Source: Vicinamibacterales bacterium (GTDB taxonomy: Bacteria; Acidobacteriota; Vicinamibacteria; Vicinamibacterales; JAMQPK01). From it: 64,000 nucleotides of DNA. The stretch is taken from positions 28,427 to 92,426 of the forward strand of contig JAMQPK010000235.1 in the NCBI GenBank assembly GCA_023717525.1, given 5' to 3'. The translations under genes and the position numbers were made by a program. Under the pieces are notes generated by a model. The model was not told where the DNA came from, made no database searches, and worked only from the letters and a program-made list of their open reading frames with translations. Below, piece after piece: positions 16,809 to 28,912 of the stretch (the first letter of the stretch is position 1; every line of letters begins with the position of its first letter).

Positions 16809-17860
16809 GATGCCGCTCGCTTTCCACCTCGCCGCTCGGCTACATACGCGTCGACGAAGCTGATGGTCGTCGCCATGATGACCGGACCAAGCACGAGGCC
16901 GAGGAGACCGAAGGCCGCAAGGCCGCCGAGCAGGCTGATGAAGACGAGCAGTCCGTTCATTTCAGTTCGTCCCGCCAGAAGTATCGGCCGCAGGAGGTTA
17001 TCAATCAGGCTGATGCCTCCGGCGCCCACGACCATCAGCGCAATCCCCCGGCCGGTCTCGCCCGTGAGCAACAGCCAGAGGGCCACTGGGGCCCAGATGA
17101 CACCTGCGCCGAGCGGGAGCAGCGCGAAGAACGCCATCATCACACCCCAGAAAATCGGCGCGTCTATGCCGAGCAACGCAAAGGTGATGCCTCCGATGGC
17201 ACCCTGTACCATGGCGACGGTCAGGCCCGAAGTGATCGTCGCGCGGATCAGCAGGCCTGTTTCTGTGAACCGTTGCTCGCGGAACGATGGCTCGAAGGGC
17301 AGCACCTGCCGCAGCCGCTCCATAATCGCCTCGCCGTCCCGAAAGAAGAAGAAGAGCGCGAACAGCACGATGACGATATTGGCCACCATCACTGCGATGT
17401 TTCTGAAAATGGCTCCGGCCCCGTTGGCGACGACTCCGCTCGCGCGCTCGGCCGCCTGACGGATGTACAGATCGAGCGGACCGAGATTCCGGCCGAACCG
17501 CTGACGCTGCAGCCACGCCCAGCCTCGTTGAAGGCGCTCGAATCCCTTCGAGCTTTCCTTCGACAAGTCGATCGAGTTGATCGCTTGTGTGGCCTCCTGG
17601 ACAAACACGAACACCAGCAGGACCAGCGGCACAATGATCATGATCGTCACTGCGGCGGTGCCAATGGAGGCCGCCCAGGTCCGGCCAAAGCGTTGTTCGA
17701 GCCTCTTGTAACTCTGATAGAAAAACGCCGCAAAGATGGCGGCCCATGCCAGGGGTTTGAGAAATGGCTGGAACAGTACGTAGACGAGATAGGCGAGCAG
17801 GAAGACGCAGGCGTAGCGCAACAGCGTCCTGTCCCGCTCGCGCGTGTCCGGATCGGGCAT
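16805..17860 (-). CDS. AI-2E family transporter (PerM/UPF0118)
   Basis: Polytopic membrane protein with FFFFRDGEAI... and GLLGLVLGPV... segments typical of the family. 4-nt overlap with the downstream gene. Confidence 0.8.
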   Translation of the reverse strand: MPDPDTRERDRTLLRYACVFLLAYLVYVLFQPFLKPLAWAAIFAAFFYQSYKRLEQRFGRTWAASIGTAAVTIMIIVPLVLLVFVFVQEATQAINSIDLSKESSKGFERLQRGWAWLQRQRFGRNLGPLDLYIRQAAERASGVVANGAGAIFRNIAVMVANIVIVLFALFFFFRDGEAIMERLRQVLPFEPSFREQRFTETGLLIRATITSGLTVAMVQGAIGGITFALLGIDAPIFWGVMMAFFALLPLGAGVIWAPVALWLLLTGETGRGIALMVVGAGGISLIDNLLRPILLAGRTEMNGLLVFISLLGGLAAFGLLGLVLGPVIMATTISFVDAYVAERRGGKRAAS

Positions 17861-17895
17861 GCGTTAGGATAAGGCTAAAGCAGTAGAATGCTGGC

Positions 17896-18933
17896 ATGCG
17901 AAAGCTTCTCGCGATCGCGGCTGCGGCGTTCTTGCTGGCGCAGACCTCCTCTATGACCGCTGCAGCTTCAAAAGGGATCACCGACGTTCCTGGGGTGAAG
18001 GTGGGGCACTTCACACGCTCGGAGCGACTGACCGGTTGCACGGTCATCCTCACGGAAGCAGGAGCGGTCGCGGGCGTCGATGTGCGCGGCTCGGCGCCGG
18101 GAACGATCGAAACCGACCTGCTGAATCCCATTAATCTGGTCGAGCAGGTGAATGCTGTATTTCTTTCCGGCGGCAGCGCCTTCGGTCTCGATGTGGCCAC
18201 GGGTGTTCGCAAGTTCCTGTACGAGAAGAAAATTGGATTTCCGACACGCGCCGCGAACGTACCCATCGTGCCAGGGGCAATCTTGTACGACCTGAACGTT
18301 GGGGGGAAGCCGGAGATTTGGCCAACGGCCGATTGCGGATATCGAGCAGCGCAGTCGGCGACCGACGGTCCGGTCGCTGAAGGCAACGTCGGTGCTGGCG
18401 CCGGTGCGACGGTGGGCAAATCCGGCGGTGGCGGCGGACCGATGAAGTCCGGCATTGGCACGGCCTCGATTACGCTGCCAGATGGCCTCGTGGTTGCGGC
18501 GATCGTCGCGGTGAACGCCGTTGGCGACATCATCGATCCGGCGACGGGCCGGGTTCTCGCGGGCGTGCGGACGCCAGACGGCAAGGGTTTGGCCGACTCG
18601 CGGAAGATCTTGCGCGAGGGTCGTCCGCTGAGCGCGCAGCCGGGCCAGAACACCACGATCGGCGTCGTGGCGACGAATGCGCGTTTGACGAAGGTGCAGG
18701 CGACCAAGGTCGCGCAGATGGCGCACGATGGTCTGGCGCGCACGATTTACCCCGCGCACACCATGGGCGACGGCGACACGATCTTTGCGATCGCCACCGG
18801 GACGACTGGCAACGGGGACGTCTCGCGCATCGGCGCTCTCGGCGCAGAGATGATGGCCGAGGCCATTGTGCGCGCCGCCCGCGAGGCTACAGGCATTCCC
18901 GGGTATCCTGCCGCGAGAGACATTGCCCGCTGA
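17896..18933 (+). CDS. P1/S58 family peptidase (DmpA-type aminopeptidase), secreted
   Basis: GITDVPGVKVGH...TGCTVIL, SGGSAFGLD, NVGAGAGATVGK motifs. Signal peptide present. Confidence 0.82.
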   Translation: MRKLLAIAAAAFLLAQTSSMTAAASKGITDVPGVKVGHFTRSERLTGCTVILTEAGAVAGVDVRGSAPGTIETDLLNPINLVEQVNAVFLSGGSAFGLDVATGVRKFLYEKKIGFPTRAANVPIVPGAILYDLNVGGKPEIWPTADCGYRAAQSATDGPVAEGNVGAGAGATVGKSGGGGGPMKSGIGTASITLPDGLVVAAIVAVNAVGDIIDPATGRVLAGVRTPDGKGLADSRKILREGRPLSAQPGQNTTIGVVATNARLTKVQATKVAQMAHDGLARTIYPAHTMGDGDTIFAIATGTTGNGDVSRIGALGAEMMAEAIVRAAREATGIPGYPAARDIAR

Positions 18934-18939
18934 CGCTGT

Positions 18940-19062
18940 ATTGAAGATTGTGGAATTGGAGAATTGGGCAATTGTTGTTTGATTGACCATTGAAGACCAA
19001 CGACTGAGACCAACGACCAACGCCTAGGACTAACGACCAACGACCAACGACCAATGACCAAA
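18940..19062. repeat. composite 7-bp periodic array: ATTGNNG words (18940-18996), then ACCAACG words (18996-19062)
   Basis: attgaag attgtgg aattgga ... attgaag | accaacg actgag accaacg accaacg cctagg actaacg accaacg accaacg accaATG accaaac. The last words contain the start codon of the next gene. Confidence 0.85.
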
Positions 19063-20112
19063 CATAAAATTGCAGTAATTCCCGGCGACGGCATCGGACA
19101 AGAAGTGATCCCCGCAGCGTTGGGCGTGCTCGAGGCCGTTGCCTCGAAATGCGGGTTCGGATTCGACCTCAAAGAGTTTCCCTACGGTTGCGCGTACTAC
19201 ACGAAGCACGGCCGGATGATGGCTGCCGACGCCTTCCAGCAGCTCGCCGATTTTCCGGCGATTTACTTCGGCGCGGTTGGCGATCCGTCCGTCCCTGATC
19301 ACATCGCCGTGTGGGAGTTGATTCTCCCCTTGAGGCAGCGCTTTGATCAGTACGTAAACCTCAGGCCGATGCGCCTGTTTCCTGGTGTGACCTCGCCGCT
19401 CGCCAACCGCGGGCCGGCCGATATCGACATGATCTGCGTGCGCGAGAACTCGGAGGGCGAGTACGCGGGGATCGGCGGACGAATACACGCGGGCACGCCG
19501 AATGAGGTGGTGGAGCAGTCGGGACTTTTCTCGCGGCACGGCATCGGCCGCATTGCGCGCTACGCCTTCGAGCTCGCATCAACACGACCCCGGCGCGAAC
19601 TGGCCAGCGCGACCAAGTCGAATGCACTGCAACACTCGATGGTGCTCTGGGACACGGTCGTCGATGAAGTTCGGAGGGATTATCCGGGTGTGAACTTCAA
19701 GAAGTATCACGTCGACGCACTGGCGGCCCGAATGGTGACGCATCCGCAGACGCTCGACGTGATTGTGGCGTCGAACCTCTTCGGCGACATCCTTACCGAT
19801 CTTGGCGCCGCGATTTCAGGCAGCCTCGGATTGGCGGCCAGTGGCAACATCAATCCGGAGCGGAAGCATCCCTCGATGTTCGAGCCGATCCACGGATCGG
19901 CGCCCGATATCAAAGGCAAGGGTATCGCGAACCCGATTGGTGCGATCTGGGCGGGCGGGTTGATGCTCGATCATTTCGGCGAGCGCGAGGCGCACGGCAT
20001 GATTGTTGCGGCAATTACGAAAGTACTGTCGACTGGGAACGTCAGGACGCCCGACATGGGCGGTAAGGCGACGACGAAGGAAATGGCTGCGGCGATTCAA
20101 GCCGCTGTCTAG
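19054..20112 (+). CDS. tartrate dehydrogenase / D-malate dehydrogenase (decarboxylating), isocitrate-isopropylmalate dehydrogenase family
   Basis: Long colinear similarity to my memory of E. coli DmlA/YeaU (IPGDGIG, AIYFGAVG..VPDHI, QYVNLRP.RLFPGV, VRENSEGEY, ATKSN, VASNLFGDIL.DLG, FEP.HGSAPDI.GK.IANP). Confidence 0.85.
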   Translation: MTKHKIAVIPGDGIGQEVIPAALGVLEAVASKCGFGFDLKEFPYGCAYYTKHGRMMAADAFQQLADFPAIYFGAVGDPSVPDHIAVWELILPLRQRFDQYVNLRPMRLFPGVTSPLANRGPADIDMICVRENSEGEYAGIGGRIHAGTPNEVVEQSGLFSRHGIGRIARYAFELASTRPRRELASATKSNALQHSMVLWDTVVDEVRRDYPGVNFKKYHVDALAARMVTHPQTLDVIVASNLFGDILTDLGAAISGSLGLAASGNINPERKHPSMFEPIHGSAPDIKGKGIANPIGAIWAGGLMLDHFGEREAHGMIVAAITKVLSTGNVRTPDMGGKATTKEMAAAIQAAV

Positions 20113-20508
20113 CTATGCGGTGGCTTCAACAGCCTCTGGCGCCGCCTTGACTCGGGCCGAGGGCTCAACGAGAAGGCGAAGACCGTAACCTTCCGGTGTG
20201 CCGGTCGAGCGCTGGAACTTCCCCTGGCGATACACCGCCGACAAGACACGCCCGGACCGGAGGGCGGGAGGAATGCCCTCCAGGGTTCTCACATCGCGCT
20301 CAATCTGAAAGCTGACCAGCCGGTACATCGGAATCGACGTCGACTCTTTCCACTCGATGTAGATGCCTGTCTCGCTGACGTCCCGCGTAATGACGCTGGC
20401 GAATCGCGTCGTGCCTCGGGCGTCCTTCCATGTGACGCGGCCGGCCAGATTCAGCGGTCGGCGTTCGGCTCTCTGGTCGCGCGATTTGGCGATGTGAAGC
20501 GTGGTCAT
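20113..20508 (-). CDS. PilZ domain protein (putative c-di-GMP receptor)
   Basis: RAERR (RxxxR) and DVSETG (DxSxxG) motifs at canonical spacing. Start taken at ATG 20508; the rest of ORF-track 20113..21054 is not supported. Confidence 0.7.
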   Translation of the reverse strand: MTTLHIAKSRDQRAERRPLNLAGRVTWKDARGTTRFASVITRDVSETGIYIEWKESTSIPMYRLVSFQIERDVRTLEGIPPALRSGRVLSAVYRQGKFQRSTGTPEGYGLRLLVEPSARVKAAPEAVEATA

Positions 20509-20705
20509 GCCAGAACGTATATCAATCGATTGGCCAATCAATTGGCCGCCATCATCGAAGTGCGTGCAATCACGTAAATAGCTGTGAATAAATGAGTTGA
20601 TAAGAGATATGTATCTTTGAGGTCGGTCTGGAACGTCGTTGATCGCGATACTTAGTATCCAAACAAGGCAGGGACCGATTACTTTGTATCCATCGCTCCC
20701 CCGCG

Positions 20706-23639
<2,934 letters not shown>

Positions 23640-23671
23640 CGACGGGAGTATACGACAGTAAGATAGAGGGA

Positions 23672-24337
23672 TTGAATCGCGTTCTCCTTTCCCTGCTGAT
23701 GCTTGCGGCGATCGCGTGCGGCCGTGGAACTGAACCGGCGGCGCCGCCGTCTGTAGTCCAGACGCTCCCGCCGGCAGCTGTTCAAATTGGACCGAGGCTC
23801 GTGGTGCTGGGCGACAGTCTGACGGCCGGCCTCGGCCTGCCGCCGAACGAGGCATATCCCGCGCTGCTTGGAGTAAGGCTTCGAGAAGAGGGTTACGACT
23901 GGGAAGTCGTCAACGCAGGCGTCAGCGGCGACACGTCCGGCGACGGACGGCAGCGTGTCGGCTGGGCACTTGAGGGCGACGTTCGGATCCTGATCGTCGC
24001 GCTCGGTGCGAACGATGGCCTTCGCGGGCTGCCTGTCGGTCAGATGAAAGAAAACCTCCAGATCATCATCGACCGCGCGCGTCAGCGGGGCATTCCGGTG
24101 CTGCTCGCTGGGATGGAGGCGCCTCCGAATTACGGCGATCAGTACACGAAGGAGTATCGCGAGGTGTTCAGCGATCTCGCTCGCCGGAACAAAGTGGAGT
24201 TTGTGCCGTTTCTGCTCGAAGGCGTCGCAGGCGACCCGCGCCTGAATCAGCCGGATGGCCTGCACCCGACCGGCGCCGGCGCTGCACACATTGCCGACCA
24301 CCTATGGCCCACGGTGGAAAAGATGCTGAAGAAATGA
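23672..24337 (+). CDS. SGNH/GDSL hydrolase, TesA-like arylesterase / lysophospholipase L1 (lipoprotein)
   Basis: TTG start after a GAGGG RBS. Lipobox LAAIACG. GDSLTAG, GANDGL and DGLHP blocks of SGNH hydrolases. Confidence 0.85.
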   Translation: MNRVLLSLLMLAAIACGRGTEPAAPPSVVQTLPPAAVQIGPRLVVLGDSLTAGLGLPPNEAYPALLGVRLREEGYDWEVVNAGVSGDTSGDGRQRVGWALEGDVRILIVALGANDGLRGLPVGQMKENLQIIIDRARQRGIPVLLAGMEAPPNYGDQYTKEYREVFSDLARRNKVEFVPFLLEGVAGDPRLNQPDGLHPTGAGAAHIADHLWPTVEKMLKK

Positions 24338-24999
24338 TCGAGTTGCGCGGCGTATCCAAAACGGTCAAGAGCGGCGACCAACAGCTCACTATTCTTCATC
24401 CCATCGACCTGCTGGTGCCGTCTGGGCAGCGGATGGCCATCGTCGGGCCGTCGGGCAGCGGGAAATCGACGCTGCTTGGCCTCATTGCGGGACTGGATGC
24501 GCCGACAACGGGTTCGATCCTTGTGGACAGCACCGACATCACCAGACTCGGGGAAGATGATCTGGCAAGGCTGCGGGGCGCCAAGATTGGGTTCGTCTTC
24601 CAGTCGTTCCACCTGATTCCCTCGCTGACTGCGCAGGAAAACGTCCTCGTGCCGATGGAGATCGCGGGGCGCCGCGACGCGGCTGTACGTGCGCGCGCAT
24701 TGCTCGCTGAGGTCGGTCTTGCCGACCGCGGTCATCACTACCCGTCGCAGCTGTCCGGCGGCGAGCAACAGCGTGTCGCGATTGCTCGCGCGCTCTCGAA
24801 CGAGCCGGTGATCGTGCTGGCCGATGAGCCGACCGGAAATCTCGACAGCTCGACCGGCCATCAGGTGATCCAACTGTTGCTCGGCATCAATCAGGCTCGC
24901 GGCACGACGCTCGTCGTTGTGACGCACGATACGGAGATCGCCTCGATGGCCGATGCGCGGATTTCTCTGAAAGACGGACGGGTGGTACCTGGAATTTGA
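24334..24999 (+). CDS. ABC transporter ATP-binding protein (YbbA/LolD-like)
   Basis: ATG 24334 overlaps the upstream stop (ATGA). Walker [10 protein letters not shown], signature LSGGEQQRV, Walker [15 protein letters not shown]-track start 24304 is an alternative. Confidence 0.88.
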   Translation: MIELRGVSKTVKSGDQQLTILHPIDLLVPSGQRMAIVGPSGSGKSTLLGLIAGLDAPTTGSILVDSTDITRLGEDDLARLRGAKIGFVFQSFHLIPSLTAQENVLVPMEIAGRRDAAVRARALLAEVGLADRGHHYPSQLSGGEQQRVAIARALSNEPVIVLADEPTGNLDSSTGHQVIQLLLGINQARGTTLVVVTHDTEIASMADARISLKDGRVVPGI

Positions 25000-25064
25000 A
25001 ATCTGAAATTTTAAATGTGAAATCTGAAAGTGGTAATGATCCAATCATCAATCATCAATCTTCA
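24993..25064. repeat. 7-bp periodic array: TNTGAAA words (24993-25030), then ATCATCA/CAAT words (25037-25064)
   Basis: tttgaaa tctgaaa ttttaaa tgtgaaa tctgaaa gtggtaa tgatcca atcatca atcatca atcttca ATG. Fills the whole spacer between the ATPase stop and the permease start. Confidence 0.8.
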
Positions 25065-27581
25065 ATGAGGTTCGTCGTACTAACGGCCATTCGGGAAACA
25101 CGCGCGGCGTGGACGCGGCTGGTGTTCTTCTTCGTTTGCATCGCAATCGGCGTGGGAGCCATCGTTGCGCTGCGCTCGATCATTCAGAGCGTTCGGCAAG
25201 TGCTGTCGACCGAAGCCAAAACGCTGATTGCGGCCGATATTCTGCTTTCGACCGATCGTCCGTGGCAGCCGGGCACGCCTGAGTTGATTGCGGCTCGAGT
25301 GTCGGCTGTGCCGGGTGCACAGCGGATCGCTTCGACCGAACTGCCGACCATGGCCAGGCCCGCTGAAGAGAGTGCGGGGAAGGGGGGCGTTGCGAGAGTT
25401 GTCGAGCTCCGCGCCGTGCAGCCAGGCTTTCCGTTCTACGGCCAGCTGACACTGCAGGACGGGCGTCCCTATTCGCATGATCTCCTGAAGGACAAGGGGG
25501 CGCTCGTCAGGCCGGAGTTGCTGGCCCAACTCGGTCTACGCGTCGGCGACCGCGTGGCGATCGGCAAAGCGCAGTTCACGATTCGCGGCGTCATCTCGAA
25601 TGAACCGGGACGGTCCTTGAGCGCGTTCAGTCTTGGACCGCGTGTGCTCATCGATGACCAGGAACTTTCCGATACGGGCCTGTTGACGTTTGGCAGCCGG
25701 GTCGTGCGGCAGGAGCTGCTTCGCGTGCCCGAATCGGCGATCGATGCCCTGGCGCGCGACCTTCAGAGCAAGCTGCAGCCCCAGTTCGTTCGCGTGCGGT
25801 CCTATCGGGATCGCCAGGAGCAAATCGGCGAAGACTTCGAGCGCGCCGAGAACTACCTGAGCCTGGTCGGGCTCGTCATCGTCGTGCTCGGCGGGATCGC
25901 AGTGTCGAGTGTGACGCGGGTGTTCGTGCGACAGAAGATCAAGAGCATCGCGATTATGAAGTGCGTCGGCGGCACCAGCCGTCAGATCTTTGCCGTGTAT
26001 TTACTGCAGGCCCTTGCGCTGGGCGTGCTGGGCAGCGTGATTGGCGTCGCCCTGGCTGCCATCGCGATCGCCGTCATACCCGCCGACATGAATCAAATCG
26101 GCACCATCACGGTGACGTACGGCTTGACGCGTTCGGCCGTTGCTCAAGGCGTTGGCATCGGCACGCTCGTCGCGTTGCTGTTCGCGATGGTGCCGCTGCT
26201 GGAAGTGCGGCGCGTGAAACCGTCCCTGCTGCTGAGGCACGAGACGAGCGGACGGCGATTCGACTGGCTTCAGTGGATCGCCGCGGCGCTTGTCGGCGCG
26301 GCGCTCGTGAGACTGGCGACATGGCAGGCGGCGTCGCTGGTTGTGGGCCTCAGCGTATGTGCGGGCTTTATCGGGCTCACGGTGATTCTGTATCTGGCTG
26401 GCATGGCTCTGACGTGGATGACAAGACCGCTCACGCGGTCCAGTTGGTTTCCGATGCGGCAGGCTGTGTTGCATCTCCGGCGCCCTGGGAATCAGACCAG
26501 CGTCATTCTGCTGACCGTCGGCCTTGGCGCATTTTTCATCATGGGTGTCCGCGGGCTTCAAGTCGGTCTGCTGAACCAGTTCGCCATGCAGATTGGCGAG
26601 GAAACACCCGATCTGTTCCTCGTCGATATTCAGAAGGATCAGGTCGACCCTCTGCGGGTGTTTCTTGCTGACCGCCTGCCGGGCACGGAGGCCAACCTGC
26701 TGCCTGTGCTCAGAGCCCGAGTGACGGGGCGCGGTGTCAGCTTCGAAGAGATGGAGGATCTGAAGGGCCGCGGAATGTTGTCGCGCGAGTACACGATCAC
26801 GTATCGAGGCGGGCTCGAGCCGAACGAGACGCTTGTGGCAGGGCGTTTCCCGAATCCTGGAGAGGTGTCGATCGAGGAAAGCATCCGCCAGCGGTTCAAC
26901 ATCAGCATCGGCGACGTGATGCGCTTCGACGTGCTGGGCCGTTCCGTCAACGCGACAGTGACCGGGGTTCGCCATGTTGAGTGGCGTGACGGGCGTAGCG
27001 GCGGCTTCATGTTCGTCTTCGGGGCCGGCACGTTCGAGAGCGCGCCGCACTGGTTCATTGCTCCAGTGAAGGCGAACACGGCGAATGCCGCCGATCGAGC
27101 CAGGCTGACCCACGATCTCGTCGTCCGGTTCCCGAACGTGTCCGTCATCGACTTGCGCGAGATTCTTCAGGCCGTCCGTAAGGTGTTTGGCGTGGTCACC
27201 GTGGCGATCGACGTGGTCGGCACGCTCGTGATTCTTACGGGCGGGCTGATTCTCGTTGGCGCGGTTGCCGTTACGAAGTTTCAGCGCGTATACGAGGCCG
27301 CGATTTTCAAGACCCTTGGCGCGAGCTCTCGGACGATGGCGGCGATGCTGATGGTCGAGTACGGCCTGCTGGGTACGTTGGCGGGCGCAATCGGCTCATT
27401 CGGCGCGCTCGCGCTTGGTTGGGGCGTCAGCCGCTATGCGTTGGACATTCCCTGGCGGCCGGCGCTGCACGAGAACGTCATCAGTACCGTGGTTACTTCA
27501 CTGCTCATCATGACGATAGGCGTTGTGGCCAGCGCCGACGTCCTGAGGCGGAAGCCGCTTGCGACGCTCCGGGCTGAATAG
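25065..27581 (+). CDS. ABC transporter permease with two FtsX domains (YbbP-like)
   Basis: Start set to ATG 25065 (MRFVVLTAIRETRAAWTRLVFFF...). The 23 codons upstream in the ORF track only translate the repeat array. Polytopic, with large periplasmic loops. Confidence 0.85.
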   Translation: MRFVVLTAIRETRAAWTRLVFFFVCIAIGVGAIVALRSIIQSVRQVLSTEAKTLIAADILLSTDRPWQPGTPELIAARVSAVPGAQRIASTELPTMARPAEESAGKGGVARVVELRAVQPGFPFYGQLTLQDGRPYSHDLLKDKGALVRPELLAQLGLRVGDRVAIGKAQFTIRGVISNEPGRSLSAFSLGPRVLIDDQELSDTGLLTFGSRVVRQELLRVPESAIDALARDLQSKLQPQFVRVRSYRDRQEQIGEDFERAENYLSLVGLVIVVLGGIAVSSVTRVFVRQKIKSIAIMKCVGGTSRQIFAVYLLQALALGVLGSVIGVALAAIAIAVIPADMNQIGTITVTYGLTRSAVAQGVGIGTLVALLFAMVPLLEVRRVKPSLLLRHETSGRRFDWLQWIAAALVGAALVRLATWQAASLVVGLSVCAGFIGLTVILYLAGMALTWMTRPLTRSSWFPMRQAVLHLRRPGNQTSVILLTVGLGAFFIMGVRGLQVGLLNQFAMQIGEETPDLFLVDIQKDQVDPLRVFLADRLPGTEANLLPVLRARVTGRGVSFEEMEDLKGRGMLSREYTITYRGGLEPNETLVAGRFPNPGEVSIEESIRQRFNISIGDVMRFDVLGRSVNATVTGVRHVEWRDGRSGGFMFVFGAGTFESAPHWFIAPVKANTANAADRARLTHDLVVRFPNVSVIDLREILQAVRKVFGVVTVAIDVVGTLVILTGGLILVGAVAVTKFQRVYEAAIFKTLGASSRTMAAMLMVEYGLLGTLAGAIGSFGALALGWGVSRYALDIPWRPALHENVISTVVTSLLIMTIGVVASADVLRRKPLATLRAE

Positions 27582-27589
27582 TTAACATA

Positions 27590-27934
27590 GTGGGTTCAAT
27601 GGACGTGACACCTTACAAAGAGATGTTGTTGCGCAAACGGGGGGAAATCCTGTCCGGGGGAGGCCGCGATCCACTCACCGTGACGATGGATACCAACACC
27701 CGTCAGGGGGATCTCGCCGATCAGGCCACTGGCAATAACGAAGTGCACATCCAGCTGAAGCTGAAGCAAACCGACGCCAAGATCCTTCAAGCGATCGAAG
27801 AGGCGCTGGAGCGGATTCAGAAAGGCACGTATGGCGTCTGTCGCGATTGCGGCGATCCGATTGCCGAAGCCCGTCTGAATGCCATCCCCTGGACTCGCGT
27901 CTGCATCACCTGCAAAGCGAAACAAGGTTCGTGA
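27590..27934 (+). CDS. DksA/TraR family C4-type zinc-finger regulator
   Basis: CRDCGDPI...RVCITC four-Cys finger after a coiled-coil region. ATG 27599 is an alternative start. Confidence 0.85.
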   Translation: MGSMDVTPYKEMLLRKRGEILSGGGRDPLTVTMDTNTRQGDLADQATGNNEVHIQLKLKQTDAKILQAIEEALERIQKGTYGVCRDCGDPIAEARLNAIPWTRVCITCKAKQGS

Positions 27935-28419
27935 CACCCGCCGAGCTCGCCGGACTGTTTCAGAGCCTCTACCGGGAGACCAGCGAGCTGCTGTTGTTGC
28001 GGCAAGCGAGGGCGCGGTCGATCACGTCCTATGAGGCGAACAACGCCTACCAGCAGGTTCTGGGGCGCCAGGACGTGCACTTGCGTTGGATCTCCGACGC
28101 CATAACCGATCTTGGCGGCGCGGTTCCCGAGGTTGGTCTCGATGAGAGCCAGACCTCGACCGTCAAAGGGACCGACGTGAAAACGATCGTTCAGTTGGAT
28201 GCGAAGGCCCAGCAGGCGTTCATCGAACGCTGGAGGGCGCGTGTAGAGACGATGAGCAACGCACGCCATCGGAAGATGCTCGAGCTGATGCTCGGCGAGA
28301 TGGCCGAGCACCTCCGCGTATTCGAGCAGGCGCTCGAGGGACGCACCGACATCCTCGGCCGCCATACCGAGGGCAAGATCCTTCGCGGCGTGGTGCTTCC
28401 GGCACGTCCGAGGGACTAG
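27931..28419 (+). CDS. hypothetical helical protein, translationally coupled to the DksA/TraR gene
   Basis: GTG 27931 overlaps the upstream TGA (GTGA). 162 aa, predicted helical, no recognised motif. Confidence 0.55.
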   Translation: MTPAELAGLFQSLYRETSELLLLRQARARSITSYEANNAYQQVLGRQDVHLRWISDAITDLGGAVPEVGLDESQTSTVKGTDVKTIVQLDAKAQQAFIERWRARVETMSNARHRKMLELMLGEMAEHLRVFEQALEGRTDILGRHTEGKILRGVVLPARPRD

Positions 28420-28432
28420 GAAGAAGGGTCAC

Positions 28433-28912
28433 GTGCGCGCTCGCGTTGCGATCGCCCTCGGCAGCAATCTCGGCGACCGCCGCGCGCACATCGAGTACGC
28501 GATCGAGGCACTGTCACTGGACCTCACCGAGGTCACGCAATCGCCGATCGTCGAAACACTGCCGGAAGGCGTAGGCGGCGAGCATGGACCGTACCTGAAT
28601 GCCGCGGTCGTTGGCCTCACCAGCCTCTCTGCGCGCGATCTTCTTGATCGATTGCTGGAGATAGAGGAGGAGCGCGGCCGTCGCCGTCCGTATCCTCAGG
28701 CCCCGCGGACGCTCGATCTCGACCTGATCCTCTACGGAGACTCGGTCATCGCGGAGAGCGATTTCACGATTCCGCATCCGCGCTTCCGCGAGCGCGAGTT
28801 CGTGCTGACACCCCTCTCGCAGATCGCTCCGGACATGCGGGATCCCGTAACCGGGCGGACGCTGCTGGAACTTCAGTCGGCGATCACCAGCGCAAGCGCG
28901 AAGCCATCGTAG
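28433..28912 (+). CDS. folK: 2-amino-4-hydroxy-6-hydroxymethyldihydropteridine diphosphokinase (HPPK)
   Basis: IALGSNLGDR, RTLDLDLILYG and IPHPRFREREFVL motifs. Confidence 0.9.
   Translation: MRARVAIALGSNLGDRRAHIEYAIEALSLDLTEVTQSPIVETLPEGVGGEHGPYLNAAVVGLTSLSARDLLDRLLEIEEERGRRRPYPQAPRTLDLDLILYGDSVIAESDFTIPHPRFREREFVLTPLSQIAPDMRDPVTGRTLLELQSAITSASAKPS

Noticed and set aside
20521-20550. Sigma-54 promoter for the PilZ gene (minus-strand TGGCCA-ATCGA-TTGAT)
   Set aside because: The spacing is right, but the highly conserved -12 GC is GA, and the element would leave almost no leader before ATG 20508. I kept it only as a palindrome cluster in the findings.
24996-25064. N-terminal extension [23 protein letters not shown] of the permease. 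Likewise MVVSPSRWSLV... at 54968
   Set aside because: These residues are simply the translation of the micro-repeat arrays in the one frame without stops. A canonical FtsX-type N-terminus starts at ATG 25065.
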